From Candidatus Nezhaarchaeota archaeon WYZ-LMO8 (lineage in GTDB: Archaea > Thermoproteota > Methanomethylicia > Nezhaarchaeales > WYZ-LMO8), in NCBI GenBank assembly GCA_004347965.1, contig QNVF01000011.1, positions 1-35,925 on the forward strand: DNA of 35,925 nt. The letters run 5' to 3'. Made by a program: the position numbers and the translations under genes. Below, in pieces: positions 19,474 to 28,308 of this stretch (positions are counted from its first letter, which is position 1; every line of letters starts with the position of its first letter). The notes under the pieces were generated by a model. That model ran no database searches and was not told where the DNA came from. It was given only the letters and a program-made list of their open reading frames with translations.

Positions 19474-19476
19474 AGC

Positions 19477-19803
19477 TTACCACCTTAACCTCCTAAGCTT
19501 CTTTAAGTCAAGCGTCTTGTAGTGTTGATGTGCATCAACAACCAAGGAAAGAGCTAATGCAGCTACAATACCTCCAATAGCTATCGAGATTATCACGAAT
19601 GTCTGCGCTAGGGGGTCTATGAAGTTAGCTGGGTAAGTCCTCATCCAACCAAGTGACATGAAAGCTGTGTTGACCGCTATCGTTACTATCTCCAAGCCTA
19701 TGACGGTCTTTATCATGTTCCTCTTAGAGACGAGACAGTAAAAGCCTATCGCTAGTAAGATTAGAGAAAGGGCCAAGTAAGATTGAGGTGGAAGGTATTC
19801 CAT
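19477..19803 (-). CDS. nuoK: NuoK/MrpC/MbhG-like membrane subunit
   Basis: Three TM helices; RNMIK..IGLE and DPLAQTFVIISIAIG motifs. Confidence 0.85.
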   Translation of the reverse strand: MEYLPPQSYLALSLILLAIGFYCLVSKRNMIKTVIGLEIVTIAVNTAFMSLGWMRTYPANFIDPLAQTFVIISIAIGGIVAALALSLVVDAHQHYKTLDLKKLRRLRW

Positions 19804-19806
19804 AGC

Positions 19807-20178
19807 TCACACCTCCTCCTCTTCAATGAGCTCCTCAATGGGAGCTTCAATAACCGCCTCCTCCTCTTCGATAACCTCCTTTGGAGGCTCTATCCTAAAT
19901 AGTGCTGTCACCCCGCATGCGGCCCCCAGTATGAGGAAGGCTTGAATTATAATGTCAATTGCTCTATAGCTCCATAACGTTGTGCCCAACCTCAAATCAG
20001 CCAAGAAGTCCTTGTCGTAAGCTTGTGAGACATTACCCCACCAATTTACTCCAAGCTCTCTAAGACCTTGACTTAACGCTAGAGCATTCGTATAAGGTTG
20101 TGGTATTGGCATAAAGTATAGGATTGCTAAGACTGCTAATGCTAGTATTGCACCACATGCAGCAAGCTCTTTACTCAT
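19807..20178 (-). CDS. MbhE-like subunit (NuoJ C-terminal half / MrpA C-terminal region) with acidic tail
   Basis: Two TM helices; YRAIDIIIQ resembles the YRxxDTxxE motif; operon position. Confidence 0.65.
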   Translation of the reverse strand: MSKELAACGAILALAVLAILYFMPIPQPYTNALALSQGLRELGVNWWGNVSQAYDKDFLADLRLGTTLWSYRAIDIIIQAFLILGAACGVTALFRIEPPKEVIEEEEAVIEAPIEELIEEEEV

Positions 20179-20411
20179 GCCACACGCCTCCTTCTAATTG
20201 TATGTACAGTTACCGCTAAAAGTACAGAGACCGCACCTGCATAGATTAGAAGTTGAAATATCGATGCGTAGAATGCACCCATTACGTAGTAGATTATAGC
20301 TATGAGGACGCACATAACAGAGAATGCTATGATGCACTTCACTAAGTCCTTGGATTCAACAGCAAGCAAGGCCATTAGGATTGTTAGGAATGCTAATACG
20401 ATATCCCACAA
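20175..20411 (-). CDS. MbhD-like subunit (NuoJ N-terminal half, DUF4040-like)
   Basis: Three TM helices; KDL..., GA...QLLIYAGAV resembles the NuoJ QxxxYxGA motif. Confidence 0.75.
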   Translation of the reverse strand: MWDIVLAFLTILMALLAVESKDLVKCIIAFSVMCVLIAIIYYVMGAFYASIFQLLIYAGAVSVLLAVTVHTIRRRRVA

Positions 20412-20743
20412 GGCTCAACCACCTCGATCCTCCTATTGTAGGAAGCTAGCTCATAGAACTGAGTCATCTTAATAGCTTTTCGAGGACAAGATTCAACGCA
20501 TTGTGAGCAGAAGGTACATCTAGCTAAGTAATATCTAGGCTTCTTATTCCCACTCGGTAAGGTTACGAGTTCAAGTGCAGCTGCCGGACAATCTTTAACG
20601 CACAGACCGCAACCAACACACCGATTGTAATCTATTTCGACCTTGCCCCTATAGTCTGAAGGGACATCTCTCTTTTCAAAGGGATACAGCAAGGTAGCTC
20701 TCTTCTGAAAAGCGGTCTTCAACACATCACCAAATATGGGCAT
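20393..20743 (-). CDS. nuoI: NuoI/MbhN-like 2x[4Fe-4S] subunit
   Basis: T..YPF, RG, CVGCGLCVKDCP and CTFCSQCVESCP motifs. Confidence 0.92.
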   Translation of the reverse strand: MPIFGDVLKTAFQKRATLLYPFEKRDVPSDYRGKVEIDYNRCVGCGLCVKDCPAAALELVTLPSGNKKPRYYLARCTFCSQCVESCPRKAIKMTQFYELASYNRRIEVVEPCGISY

Positions 20744-20752
20744 TTCACCACC

Positions 20753-21748
20753 TCAAATAACTATCAATCTAGGCACCATAACAGCTAAGAGCAATTGAAG
20801 TATTGAGATGGGTACCAGGTACTTCCACGCGAAGTTCACCATCTGATCTATCCTAAGTCTAGACATAGCTGCCCTTATTATCGTAAGTATCAAGAGGACG
20901 ATGATGGACTTGATTACGAAGATTATTGTTGATGAAAGAGCACCTACGAAGCCTGGAAGTATTGGTTGAGGGCCTCCTAAGAATAATGTAGCTCCCAAAC
21001 CACATAGAAAGGCAAGCTCTATGTCCTTTGCAAGCCTTATGAGGGCAAGCTTCTTCCCTGAGTACTCGGTAAGCCAACCTGCAACTATCTCTGTCTCCGC
21101 TTCAGGTATATCAAATGGAACTCTCTCAAGTTCTGCTTGAGCTGCCAGCAGAAATATCGCAAAGCCTAGTGCTTGAATACCGAGAATGCTCCACCAACTG
21201 CTTTGAGTCTCTACTATACTTTTGATTTGTAAAGAGCCTTCAGTCTGAATCGTTACAGCAGCTGCTCCTAAAACTGAGGCCACGAGAGGTATTTCGTAGC
21301 CTAGTAGCTGCAATACTGATCTTTCAGCCCCCACTCCTGGGTATCTACTTGCAGACGAGAAGCCTGCTAAGAAGACTAGTATCACGAAGAAGGTTAGTAT
21401 GACTGTTACAACGATGAGATCCCCTTCAAACGATAGTACACCTTGAGCCCCGCACACTGGCAAGAACAGAACAGCAAATAAGCTTAGAGCTAAGGCGAAT
21501 ACCGGGATTGAAGAGAATAGTGGTCTATCGGCACCTTCGGGAACTATGTCCTCCTTAGCCATCAGCTTAACGAAATCAGCAAAGGGTTGGAACAAGCCCC
21601 AAGGCCCAGCGTACAAGGGACCTACTCTGTTTTGAAGCTTTGCGTAAAACTTTCTATCTATCCACTCGAAGAATAAACCGAGAACTGCGAAGAATAGGAA
21701 ACCTGGGAAAACTATTATTCGAAGAAGGTCAATGAGGTCTTGAATCAT
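20753..21748 (-). CDS. nuoH: NuoH/MbhM-like membrane anchor subunit
   Basis: RK..AKLQNRVGP, QPFADFVKLMAKE and RVPFDIPEAETEIVAGWLTEYSG motifs. Confidence 0.93.
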   Translation of the reverse strand: MIQDLIDLLRIIVFPGFLFFAVLGLFFEWIDRKFYAKLQNRVGPLYAGPWGLFQPFADFVKLMAKEDIVPEGADRPLFSSIPVFALALSLFAVLFLPVCGAQGVLSFEGDLIVVTVILTFFVILVFLAGFSSASRYPGVGAERSVLQLLGYEIPLVASVLGAAAVTIQTEGSLQIKSIVETQSSWWSILGIQALGFAIFLLAAQAELERVPFDIPEAETEIVAGWLTEYSGKKLALIRLAKDIELAFLCGLGATLFLGGPQPILPGFVGALSSTIIFVIKSIIVLLILTIIRAAMSRLRIDQMVNFAWKYLVPISILQLLLAVMVPRLIVI

Positions 21749-21751
21749 GAG

Positions 21752-22930
21752 TTAATCCCTCCAGTACATACGCTTTATTTGGCTGAAAGTCCAAACCCAA
21801 CTCTTACCGCTTGAGACGTCTATAAACCTTATAGCTCTATCAGTACAGCTTAAGCATGGATCTATGCTAGCAAAGGTTATAGGTACGTCAGCTATGTTAA
21901 CCACGTAATCGCCCCTAGACGTAAGCATTACTGGAATTGAGAGGAGGTTTGCCAGCGTTGGTGCCCTCACCTTCCACCTAAAAGGTCTCTCCGTGCCATT
22001 AGCTCTAACGTAGTGAATCACTTCACCCCTTGGAGCCTCAGTTCTTCCGACGCCCTCTCCAGTTGGCACAACTCTTGGTACTCTAATCCTTACAGGTCCA
22101 GAAGGCATCCTCTTTATAGCTTCTCTAACTATACTTATCGACTCAAGAGTTTCGTCAATCCTAACCAGAAGCCTAGCCGTTACGTCGCAAGTATCATATG
22201 TAACAACCCTGAACGGTATCTCATCATAGGCTGCATGTGGATCGTCAGCCCTTACGTCGAAAGGTACTCCTGATGCTCTTGCTGTTGGACCCACAGCGCA
22301 TAGAGCTATTGCATCCTCCTTCCTTAAAATGCCGACGCCATCGCACCTCATCCTTATAGTTCTCTCATCTAAGCACATCTTCTTGTACTTCCTCACTTTC
22401 TCATCTAGTAAGTCCATGACCTTCAAGATCCTCTCTGCCTTCTCCTGCGGTATATCCCTCCTCACTCCACCTATAGTCATTAGAGCGTACGTGACCCTAT
22501 TACCGGTGAAGTCCTCTATAACGTCCATTACCATCTCTCTATCTCTCCAAACGTACATGAAGAGTGTGTCAAAGCCTATTTCGTGAGCTGCAACTCCAAG
22601 CCATAGCAGGTGGCTATGTATCCTATTTAGCTCAAGACCTATCGTCCTTATGTAGTCAGCTCTCTTAGGTATCTCCTTACCTATTATGTCCTCGGTTGCT
22701 TGAGTTAGACAGAAGGCATGAACTATTCCGCATATACCGCATATTCTCTCAGCTATGTAGAGGTTTTGAATGTACGTTTGGTACTCACCAGCCTTCTCTA
22801 TGCCTCTGTGATTGTAACCAATCCTAAGCTTAGCTCCAACCACATGCTCTCCATCCACATAGCACGTTATGTTTAGGGGCTCCTTTATTGCAGGGTGTTG
22901 AGGACCTATTGGGATGTCAACTACGCTCAT
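21752..22930 (-). CDS. Group 4 [NiFe] hydrogenase large subunit (NuoD/HycE/MbhL family)
   Basis: GPQHPAIKEP, HRGIEK, L1 ERICGICGIVH, EAPRGE, L2 DPCLSCTDR and a 27-aa C-terminal extension. Confidence 0.93.
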   Translation of the reverse strand: MSVVDIPIGPQHPAIKEPLNITCYVDGEHVVGAKLRIGYNHRGIEKAGEYQTYIQNLYIAERICGICGIVHAFCLTQATEDIIGKEIPKRADYIRTIGLELNRIHSHLLWLGVAAHEIGFDTLFMYVWRDREMVMDVIEDFTGNRVTYALMTIGGVRRDIPQEKAERILKVMDLLDEKVRKYKKMCLDERTIRMRCDGVGILRKEDAIALCAVGPTARASGVPFDVRADDPHAAYDEIPFRVVTYDTCDVTARLLVRIDETLESISIVREAIKRMPSGPVRIRVPRVVPTGEGVGRTEAPRGEVIHYVRANGTERPFRWKVRAPTLANLLSIPVMLTSRGDYVVNIADVPITFASIDPCLSCTDRAIRFIDVSSGKSWVWTFSQIKRMYWRD

Positions 22931-22933
22931 ATC

Positions 22934-23410
22934 TCAATCCCTCTCCTTAGTTATCTTGCTAAGAAGTGTTTGAAGATCTACATCCTTCCTAAGTGGATAG
23001 AGACCTTCAGGCCATTCATCTGGTAATTCTAGGTGGCTAAGATCTGGATGGCCGTTAATGTTGATTCCAAACATCTCGTGAACTTCTTTTTCGTAGAAAA
23101 AGGCCCCTGGGATTACGTCGCTTATCGTATCTATTTCTGGATTGTCTTTAGGAATTAACCCTCTAACCGATATCACCACACCTTTGAATGAGAAGTGAGG
23201 TATAACTTCGAATCTATCTACTGCATCAACACCAGATATTGTGGATACGTGTGTCACACCAATATTATCTCTCAAAAACCTAATAACATCCTTATACGTT
23301 GACCTATCAACAGTTATGAATATCCTCCTAGCCCTCTGAATCTTCGCTTCAAGTATTTTCTCTCCAAACTTCTCTTTGAGCTTATTTACGATCTCTTCTT
23401 CAAGAGTCAA
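22934..23410 (-). CDS. nuoC: NuoC/MbhK-like subunit
   Basis: TISGVD, EKEVHEMFGI...GHP, LPDEW and YPLRKD motifs. Confidence 0.9.
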   Translation of the reverse strand: MTLEEEIVNKLKEKFGEKILEAKIQRARRIFITVDRSTYKDVIRFLRDNIGVTHVSTISGVDAVDRFEVIPHFSFKGVVISVRGLIPKDNPEIDTISDVIPGAFFYEKEVHEMFGININGHPDLSHLELPDEWPEGLYPLRKDVDLQTLLSKITKERD

Positions 23411-23844
23411 GAGGCCCCCCCTCTAAGTTTCTCTATGAGTTTAACGACACCGTTTATTATTGCTTCAGGCTTGGGAGGACACCCCATAACATAGACGTCA
23501 ACAGGTATCACGTTATCGAGCCCAGGATAGACGTTGTAGCAATTTCTGAAAGCTCCACTACTAGCACAGCAATTGCCAACAGCCATGACGAATTTAGGTT
23601 CAGGCATTTGCTCGTAGACCCTCTTGAGTCTCTTCTCAACTTGCTTAGTCACTGGACCTGTGACTATCAATATGTCAGCATGTCTTGGCGAGCCAACAAG
23701 TCTAATTCCAAACCTCTCAACGTCATATCTAGGAGTGAGCGCAGCTACTACCTCAATGTCACAACCATTACATGCACCAGTATTGAAGTGTATTACCCAA
23801 GGACTTCTAATTCTAGCCCAGTCAACTAGCCCCAACCTTACCAC
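23407..23844 (-). CDS. Group 4 [NiFe] hydrogenase small subunit (NuoB/HycG/MbhJ family)
   Basis: GACNGCDIE (CxxC, hydrogenase type), SPRHAD, VGNC and GCPPKPE motifs. Confidence 0.93.
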   Translation of the reverse strand: MVRLGLVDWARIRSPWVIHFNTGACNGCDIEVVAALTPRYDVERFGIRLVGSPRHADILIVTGPVTKQVEKRLKRVYEQMPEPKFVMAVGNCCASSGAFRNCYNVYPGLDNVIPVDVYVMGCPPKPEAIINGVVKLIEKLRGGAS

Positions 23845-24179
23845 CTTCTTCTAGCTAAGAGAAGTATAGCCTCTAAAGCCACAAGCGCGTATATTGCAAC
23901 CAAGAAAGATGTTTGAGTGAGCATAGTTGGTGACAATATTGCAAACGCTATGATCAGAGCCAATGTATCAAATACTAAGAAGAGGGTTGCGAAGTTTATT
24001 AAGTGAATCGTTACGGGAACTATTTCAGCAGGAACATCCTCACCACATGCATAGGGTTTAAGCTTATCAGAGCTTGGCTTTGGTCTAGGAGCAATCTTAG
24101 CGCCCCACGCATAAGTTAATGCAGAGACTATGAGGGCGATAATGAATGAAATTATCGGGATTGTGACTGTCGAGCTCAT
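23838..24179 (-). CDS. nuoA: NuoA-like membrane subunit
   Basis: Three TM helices; K..PYACGE loop and FLVFD. Confidence 0.85.
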   Translation of the reverse strand: MSSTVTIPIISFIIALIVSALTYAWGAKIAPRPKPSSDKLKPYACGEDVPAEIVPVTIHLINFATLFLVFDTLALIIAFAILSPTMLTQTSFLVAIYALVALEAILLLARRRW

Positions 24180-24220
24180 AGTGCAACCGCCTCAGATCGC
24201 TAGCCAGCACTCTTGGCTCT

Positions 24221-24240
24221 AAAGTTTAAAATATAAATCC
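24221..24240. promoter_or_regulatory. Divergent TATA region between the hydrogenase operon and proS
   Basis: AAAGTTTAAAATATAAATCC reads as TATA-like on both strands in a 108-nt divergent gap. Confidence 0.45.
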
Positions 24241-24287
24241 TTCGCTGAACCTCACTTAGAAAGCATGATAGCTTCAACTATGGTGTT

Positions 24288-25730
24288 ATGACTATGACTT
24301 TACAGCAGAGGAAAAAACATGAAAACTTTAGTGAGTGGTTTGAGCAAGTCACTCTTCACACTATGGTTTACGACTACAGGTTTCCAGTTAAAGGGTGTGG
24401 TGTATGGCCAGGCTACGGATTTAAGCTTAGAAAGCTTGTGCTGGACATCATGAGGAATTTGCTCGATGAGAGTGGACACGAAGAATGCCTATTTCCAACA
24501 TTAATCCCAAAAAGCCTTTTAGAGAAAGAGAGCGAGCATGTAAGAAGTTTTGAAGGTGAGGTCTTCTGGATTACGAAGGGCGGATTTACCGAGTTGGGGG
24601 AGAAGCTGGCTTTAAGACCTACAAGCGAGACAGTTATTATGCCCATGATGAAGCTGTGGATCAAGGATTACAAGGACTTACCCATCAAGTTATATCAGGT
24701 AGTAAGCGTTTTCAGGTACGAGACGAAGGCAACTCATCCAATGATAAGGGTAAGAGAGGTGACTACGTTTAAAGAGGGCCATTCAGCTCATGCTACCTAT
24801 GAAGACGCAGAAAAGCATGTTTGGAACATGGTTGAGCTCTATAAGAAGTTCTTTGACGAACTCTGCATACCTTACTTGATATCTAGGAGACCAGACTGGG
24901 ATAAGTTTGCTGGAGCTGTCTACAGCATTGCCTTCGATACATTAATGCCCGATGGAAGGGCTCTTCAAGTAGGGACGGTTCACCACTTGGGGCAAAACTT
25001 CTCAAAAGCATTTGATGTAAAGTATTTGAGGGCTGATGGAAGTCATGAATACGTTTGGACGACGAGCTACGGCATATCAGAACGCGTTATAGCTGCTTTA
25101 ATAGCCATACACGGAGACGACCATGGCTTAGTGCTACCACCAAAAGTTGCTCCTATCCAAGTAGTCATTGTACCAATACCCTATAAAGGCAAGGAGCTCG
25201 AAGTATACGAGGAAGCTCAGCGAGCTTACAATGAGCTTAAGTTAGCTGGCTTTAGAGCAACTATGGACGATCGAAGAGATGTCACGCCTGGTTCTAAGTT
25301 CTACGAGTGGGAGCTCAAGGGGGTTCCAATAAGGATTGAGGTAGGACCTCGTGATGTCGAGAGAGGCGTAATAACACTGGTTAGAAGAGATAACCTAGCT
25401 AGAGAAGAGGTCCCACGAAATGAGCTTGTAGCTTCGATACGTCGACTAGCCGAAAACATCACTATAGCCCTCAAGGAAAATGCTTGGAACTATATGAAGA
25501 GTAGAATTTTAAGGGCCCACAGCCTTGAAGACGCTAGCTCATTCATCAGAACTAAGAAGGGAATAGTGGAAATGACGTGGTGTGGTCATAGCGAATGCGG
25601 ACTAGCTCTTGAAGAGAATTTGGAAGCTAAAATTTTAGGGGCAGCCATGGAGACAATAAAGGTAGAAGGTAAGTGCATTAATTGCAGTAAAGAAGCAATG
25701 AAGATCTTAAGGGTTGCAAAGACTTACTAG
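24288..25730 (+). CDS. proS: Proline--tRNA ligase (archaeal/eukaryotic type)
   Basis: LRPTSET, FRYETK, FAGA, HHLGQNFSKAF, GISER, VAPIQVV, WELKGVPIRIEVGPRD; C-terminal Zn domain ending AKTY. Confidence 0.97.
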   Translation: MTMTLQQRKKHENFSEWFEQVTLHTMVYDYRFPVKGCGVWPGYGFKLRKLVLDIMRNLLDESGHEECLFPTLIPKSLLEKESEHVRSFEGEVFWITKGGFTELGEKLALRPTSETVIMPMMKLWIKDYKDLPIKLYQVVSVFRYETKATHPMIRVREVTTFKEGHSAHATYEDAEKHVWNMVELYKKFFDELCIPYLISRRPDWDKFAGAVYSIAFDTLMPDGRALQVGTVHHLGQNFSKAFDVKYLRADGSHEYVWTTSYGISERVIAALIAIHGDDHGLVLPPKVAPIQVVIVPIPYKGKELEVYEEAQRAYNELKLAGFRATMDDRRDVTPGSKFYEWELKGVPIRIEVGPRDVERGVITLVRRDNLAREEVPRNELVASIRRLAENITIALKENAWNYMKSRILRAHSLEDASSFIRTKKGIVEMTWCGHSECGLALEENLEAKILGAAMETIKVEGKCINCSKEAMKILRVAKTY

Positions 25731-25803
25731 GATTTCTCAAAAATCCTTATAAGACAAAAATCGCCAATTCTGTTTACAGCAGGATTTTAAGGGTTGGTGT
25801 TTT

Positions 25804-26127
25804 GTGCCCAAGAAAAGGAAGAATCGAGGAAGAGCTAAGGGAGACAAAGGAAGAGACTCTATAGTCATGTGCGACGGTTGTGGAAGACCAATACCAAGAG
25901 GTAAAGCAATAAAGGTCACTAGATACGTAAGCTTTGTCGATCCACAGCTTAGGAAGGAGCTTGAAAGTAAAGGGGTCCTAATAAGCAAGACCCTTGTCAC
26001 TAAGTACTTATGCGTTAGCTGTGCGATATTTCAAGGCGTGAGGAAGGTTAGAGCTGAGGAAGAAAGGAGGGCTGTTCCAGGTCAAGCTAAGCCCAGAATA
26101 ATTAAAGGAGGAAGTGGAAGCTCTTAG
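25804..26127 (+). CDS. rps26e: 30S ribosomal protein S26e
   Basis: MPKKRKNRGR, CDGCG..IPR.KAIK, CVSCAI and VKVR-like motifs. Confidence 0.95.
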   Translation: MPKKRKNRGRAKGDKGRDSIVMCDGCGRPIPRGKAIKVTRYVSFVDPQLRKELESKGVLISKTLVTKYLCVSCAIFQGVRKVRAEEERRAVPGQAKPRIIKGGSGSS

Positions 26128-26329
26128 CTTAAGGCTTAATCTCTAAACTTAGCTTAATGATTTGTTATCTTGATATAAGTTGAAATTATGAGTTAAAGAA
26201 TTTTGAAGTTAAGGTCATGATTATTGTCTCTTATAACTTTGTAAGCTTTAGATAAAGTTAAAGAGATACTAATGTAATAGCTCATTTATATTCCAAGGCT
26301 TGTTCGTAGATCAAGCAGGGACGCATAAG

Positions 26330-27250
26330 ATGTTCGATTTAGTAGCAATAGGTAACCCCGTATACGACATCATTAAGACCCCCTTCGTTGAGAGCTTAGG
26401 TAGAGTTTTATCAGGGTGTAGTGTAAATGCAGCCATAACTGCTAAGAAGCTAGGAATGAAGAAAGTGGCACTGGTTGGTTGCATTGGAGAAGATTTTGAG
26501 AGACGCTTTATGCGTGAAATGGAGAGCAGAAACATTCAGTTAATGATAGTTAAGAGGTCTAAGGAGACAACAGGCTTCAAACTTAAGTACCTTGATTTCT
26601 CGGGTAATAGGGAGCTCGAGGTTTTAGGATTAAGTGAGGGGATATCGAGGGGCGATATTCCCGAAGGCGTTTTCAATACGAAAGCAGTAGTAGTTGGCCC
26701 AGTTATAGGTGAGGTTGAAGTCGATGTTCCAGCTGCCTTTAAGAGTAGAGGAGTAACAGTCTTTCTTGACCCTCAAGGCTATCTCCGCGAAATCAGTGAA
26801 GGAGTCATCCAGCACTGCAGCAACCCCATGGCTCTAGAGGCTTGCTGTGAAAGCCACGTAGTTAAGCCGAACATGTTAGAGGCAAAACTTCTTTCAGGAT
26901 TTGATGAGCCGATCAAAGCTGCCATCTCAATTCATGAAAGGACTGGAGCCATGGTTGCTGTGACTTTAGCTGAGAAGGGCTCTGTAATCGTTTACGGGAG
27001 GAGAGCCATCATAGTTCCAGCCTATCCTACTCATCCAGTAGATCCGACTGGAGCTGGAGATGTTTACTTAGGCGCCTTTGCGTACTATCTGCATAAGGGT
27101 CTTGGAGCGGAGGAAGCTGCCTCATATGCTTCGGCCATTGCATCCATAAAGGTCGAGAATATTGCTGGGCACTTCGACATAAGTCTAGACGAAGTCGCTA
27201 GACGAGCTCTATGGATAAGAAGCAGGGTTAAGATAAAGAGATTACGTTAG
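26330..27250 (+). CDS. PfkB/ribokinase family sugar kinase
   Basis: IGNPVYD, SGCSVNAA, VGCIGED, DPQG, VTLAEKGS and DPTGAGD motifs; start at the ATG at 26330. Confidence 0.88.
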   Translation: MFDLVAIGNPVYDIIKTPFVESLGRVLSGCSVNAAITAKKLGMKKVALVGCIGEDFERRFMREMESRNIQLMIVKRSKETTGFKLKYLDFSGNRELEVLGLSEGISRGDIPEGVFNTKAVVVGPVIGEVEVDVPAAFKSRGVTVFLDPQGYLREISEGVIQHCSNPMALEACCESHVVKPNMLEAKLLSGFDEPIKAAISIHERTGAMVAVTLAEKGSVIVYGRRAIIVPAYPTHPVDPTGAGDVYLGAFAYYLHKGLGAEEAASYASAIASIKVENIAGHFDISLDEVARRALWIRSRVKIKRLR

Positions 27251-27261
27251 CATCCATTATC

Positions 27262-27423
27262 CTATAGAGGCCATTCGTGGCCGCATTTGGGGCATCTAGC
27301 GTATTGGCAACCTATTGCTGAAGATGGGCAACCACCACAAGCAAAGGTCCTAGCGTAAGTTAAGTCAAACTCGTAACCACACTTGGGGCACGTAAGGGTT
27401 CGAGATGCTGCTCTTATCTTCAA
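27262..27423 (-). CDS. 53-aa Cys-rich zinc-finger-type microprotein, not in the ORF track
   Basis: MKIRAASRTLTCPKCGYEFDLTYARTFACGGCPSSAIGCQYARCPKCGHEWPL: two CPKCG knuckles, 7 Cys. GAGGGA RBS before the TTG, TATA-like TTTTAAAG upstream; fills an otherwise empty gap. Confidence 0.8.
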   Translation of the reverse strand: MKIRAASRTLTCPKCGYEFDLTYARTFACGGCPSSAIGCQYARCPKCGHEWPL

Positions 27424-27495
27424 CTTTAATCCCTCGTCTACACAGTACTAAAGCCCTTTAAAATAGTTTCACAGAAAATTAATTATGGTGAGCCT

Positions 27496-28308
27496 TTGAA
27501 TATACTTCACTTAACAGCCTATGCCAAAGTATTGCTGTGCACTACAGCTCTAGGATTAGCATCGATTCAAGACTGGAAGACCAGAGAAGTAAGTGACGTG
27601 ATATGGCTTATAATGGGGTGCTGTGGAGCCGTAATGACCATGGTCGAGTTAGTCCTTGACTACTCGATTAGCTTCCTCGCAACCTTCACGATATCGACAG
27701 CATCATGCTTCCTACTTGGCTTCGGGCTTTACTACCTAGGCTTCTTTGGAGGTGCTGATGCTAAGTGCTTGTGGTGTGTAGGGGTAACACTGCCCTTTAA
27801 CCCACTAAAGAAACTGGCTTTTAACCTCGCTGGCCCGGAAAGCCCAATATTCTCAATTTCAATATTTAACAACTCCATTTTAACCGCTGCCCTATTGGCT
27901 CTGGGTATCCTGCTCTTTAATGTTGTCAAGAGGGCAAGAGGGCCTCTCTTCACAAGTGGTGAGGAGAGTAGTCTGTGGAAGAGGTGTTTCGTTCTTATGC
28001 TAGGTTATAAGGTGAAAGTTTCAAAGCTCCTTAAAAGAAGAGACTTCTACTTTCTCCTCGAGGAGATCGTGCTTGAAGGAGACTTTGTTAAGAGGAGATT
28101 TAGACTTTCAACAAGGTGCGTAAATAATGGGTCTTACGAGAAGTTGAAGGGGTTAGTGCATAAGAAGATTGTTAAGGAAGGAGATGAAATTTGGGCTTCC
28201 CCAGCGATCCCGTTGATAGTTAACATAACGGTTGGCTTCTTCATAGCCATGCTCTATGGCGACTTAGTGCTAGCGATAGTTAAGGAGGTACTGGACTTAA
28301 TGCTGTAA
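27496..28308 (+). CDS. Prepilin/prearchaellin peptidase (A24, FlaK/PibD-like)
   Basis: Catalytic QDWKTREVSD and GGADAK motifs, multiple TM helices, and C-terminal W.SPAIPLI..IT.G typical of archaeal A24. Confidence 0.88.
   Translation: MNILHLTAYAKVLLCTTALGLASIQDWKTREVSDVIWLIMGCCGAVMTMVELVLDYSISFLATFTISTASCFLLGFGLYYLGFFGGADAKCLWCVGVTLPFNPLKKLAFNLAGPESPIFSISIFNNSILTAALLALGILLFNVVKRARGPLFTSGEESSLWKRCFVLMLGYKVKVSKLLKRRDFYFLLEEIVLEGDFVKRRFRLSTRCVNNGSYEKLKGLVHKKIVKEGDEIWASPAIPLIVNITVGFFIAMLYGDLVLAIVKEVLDLML

Noticed and set aside
21752..23844. Ordinary NADH dehydrogenase NuoB/NuoD, Mbx/Mbs, or a [NiFeSe] enzyme
   Set aside because: All four Ni-Fe Cys are present as Cys codons with no in-frame TGA, and NuoEFG are absent.
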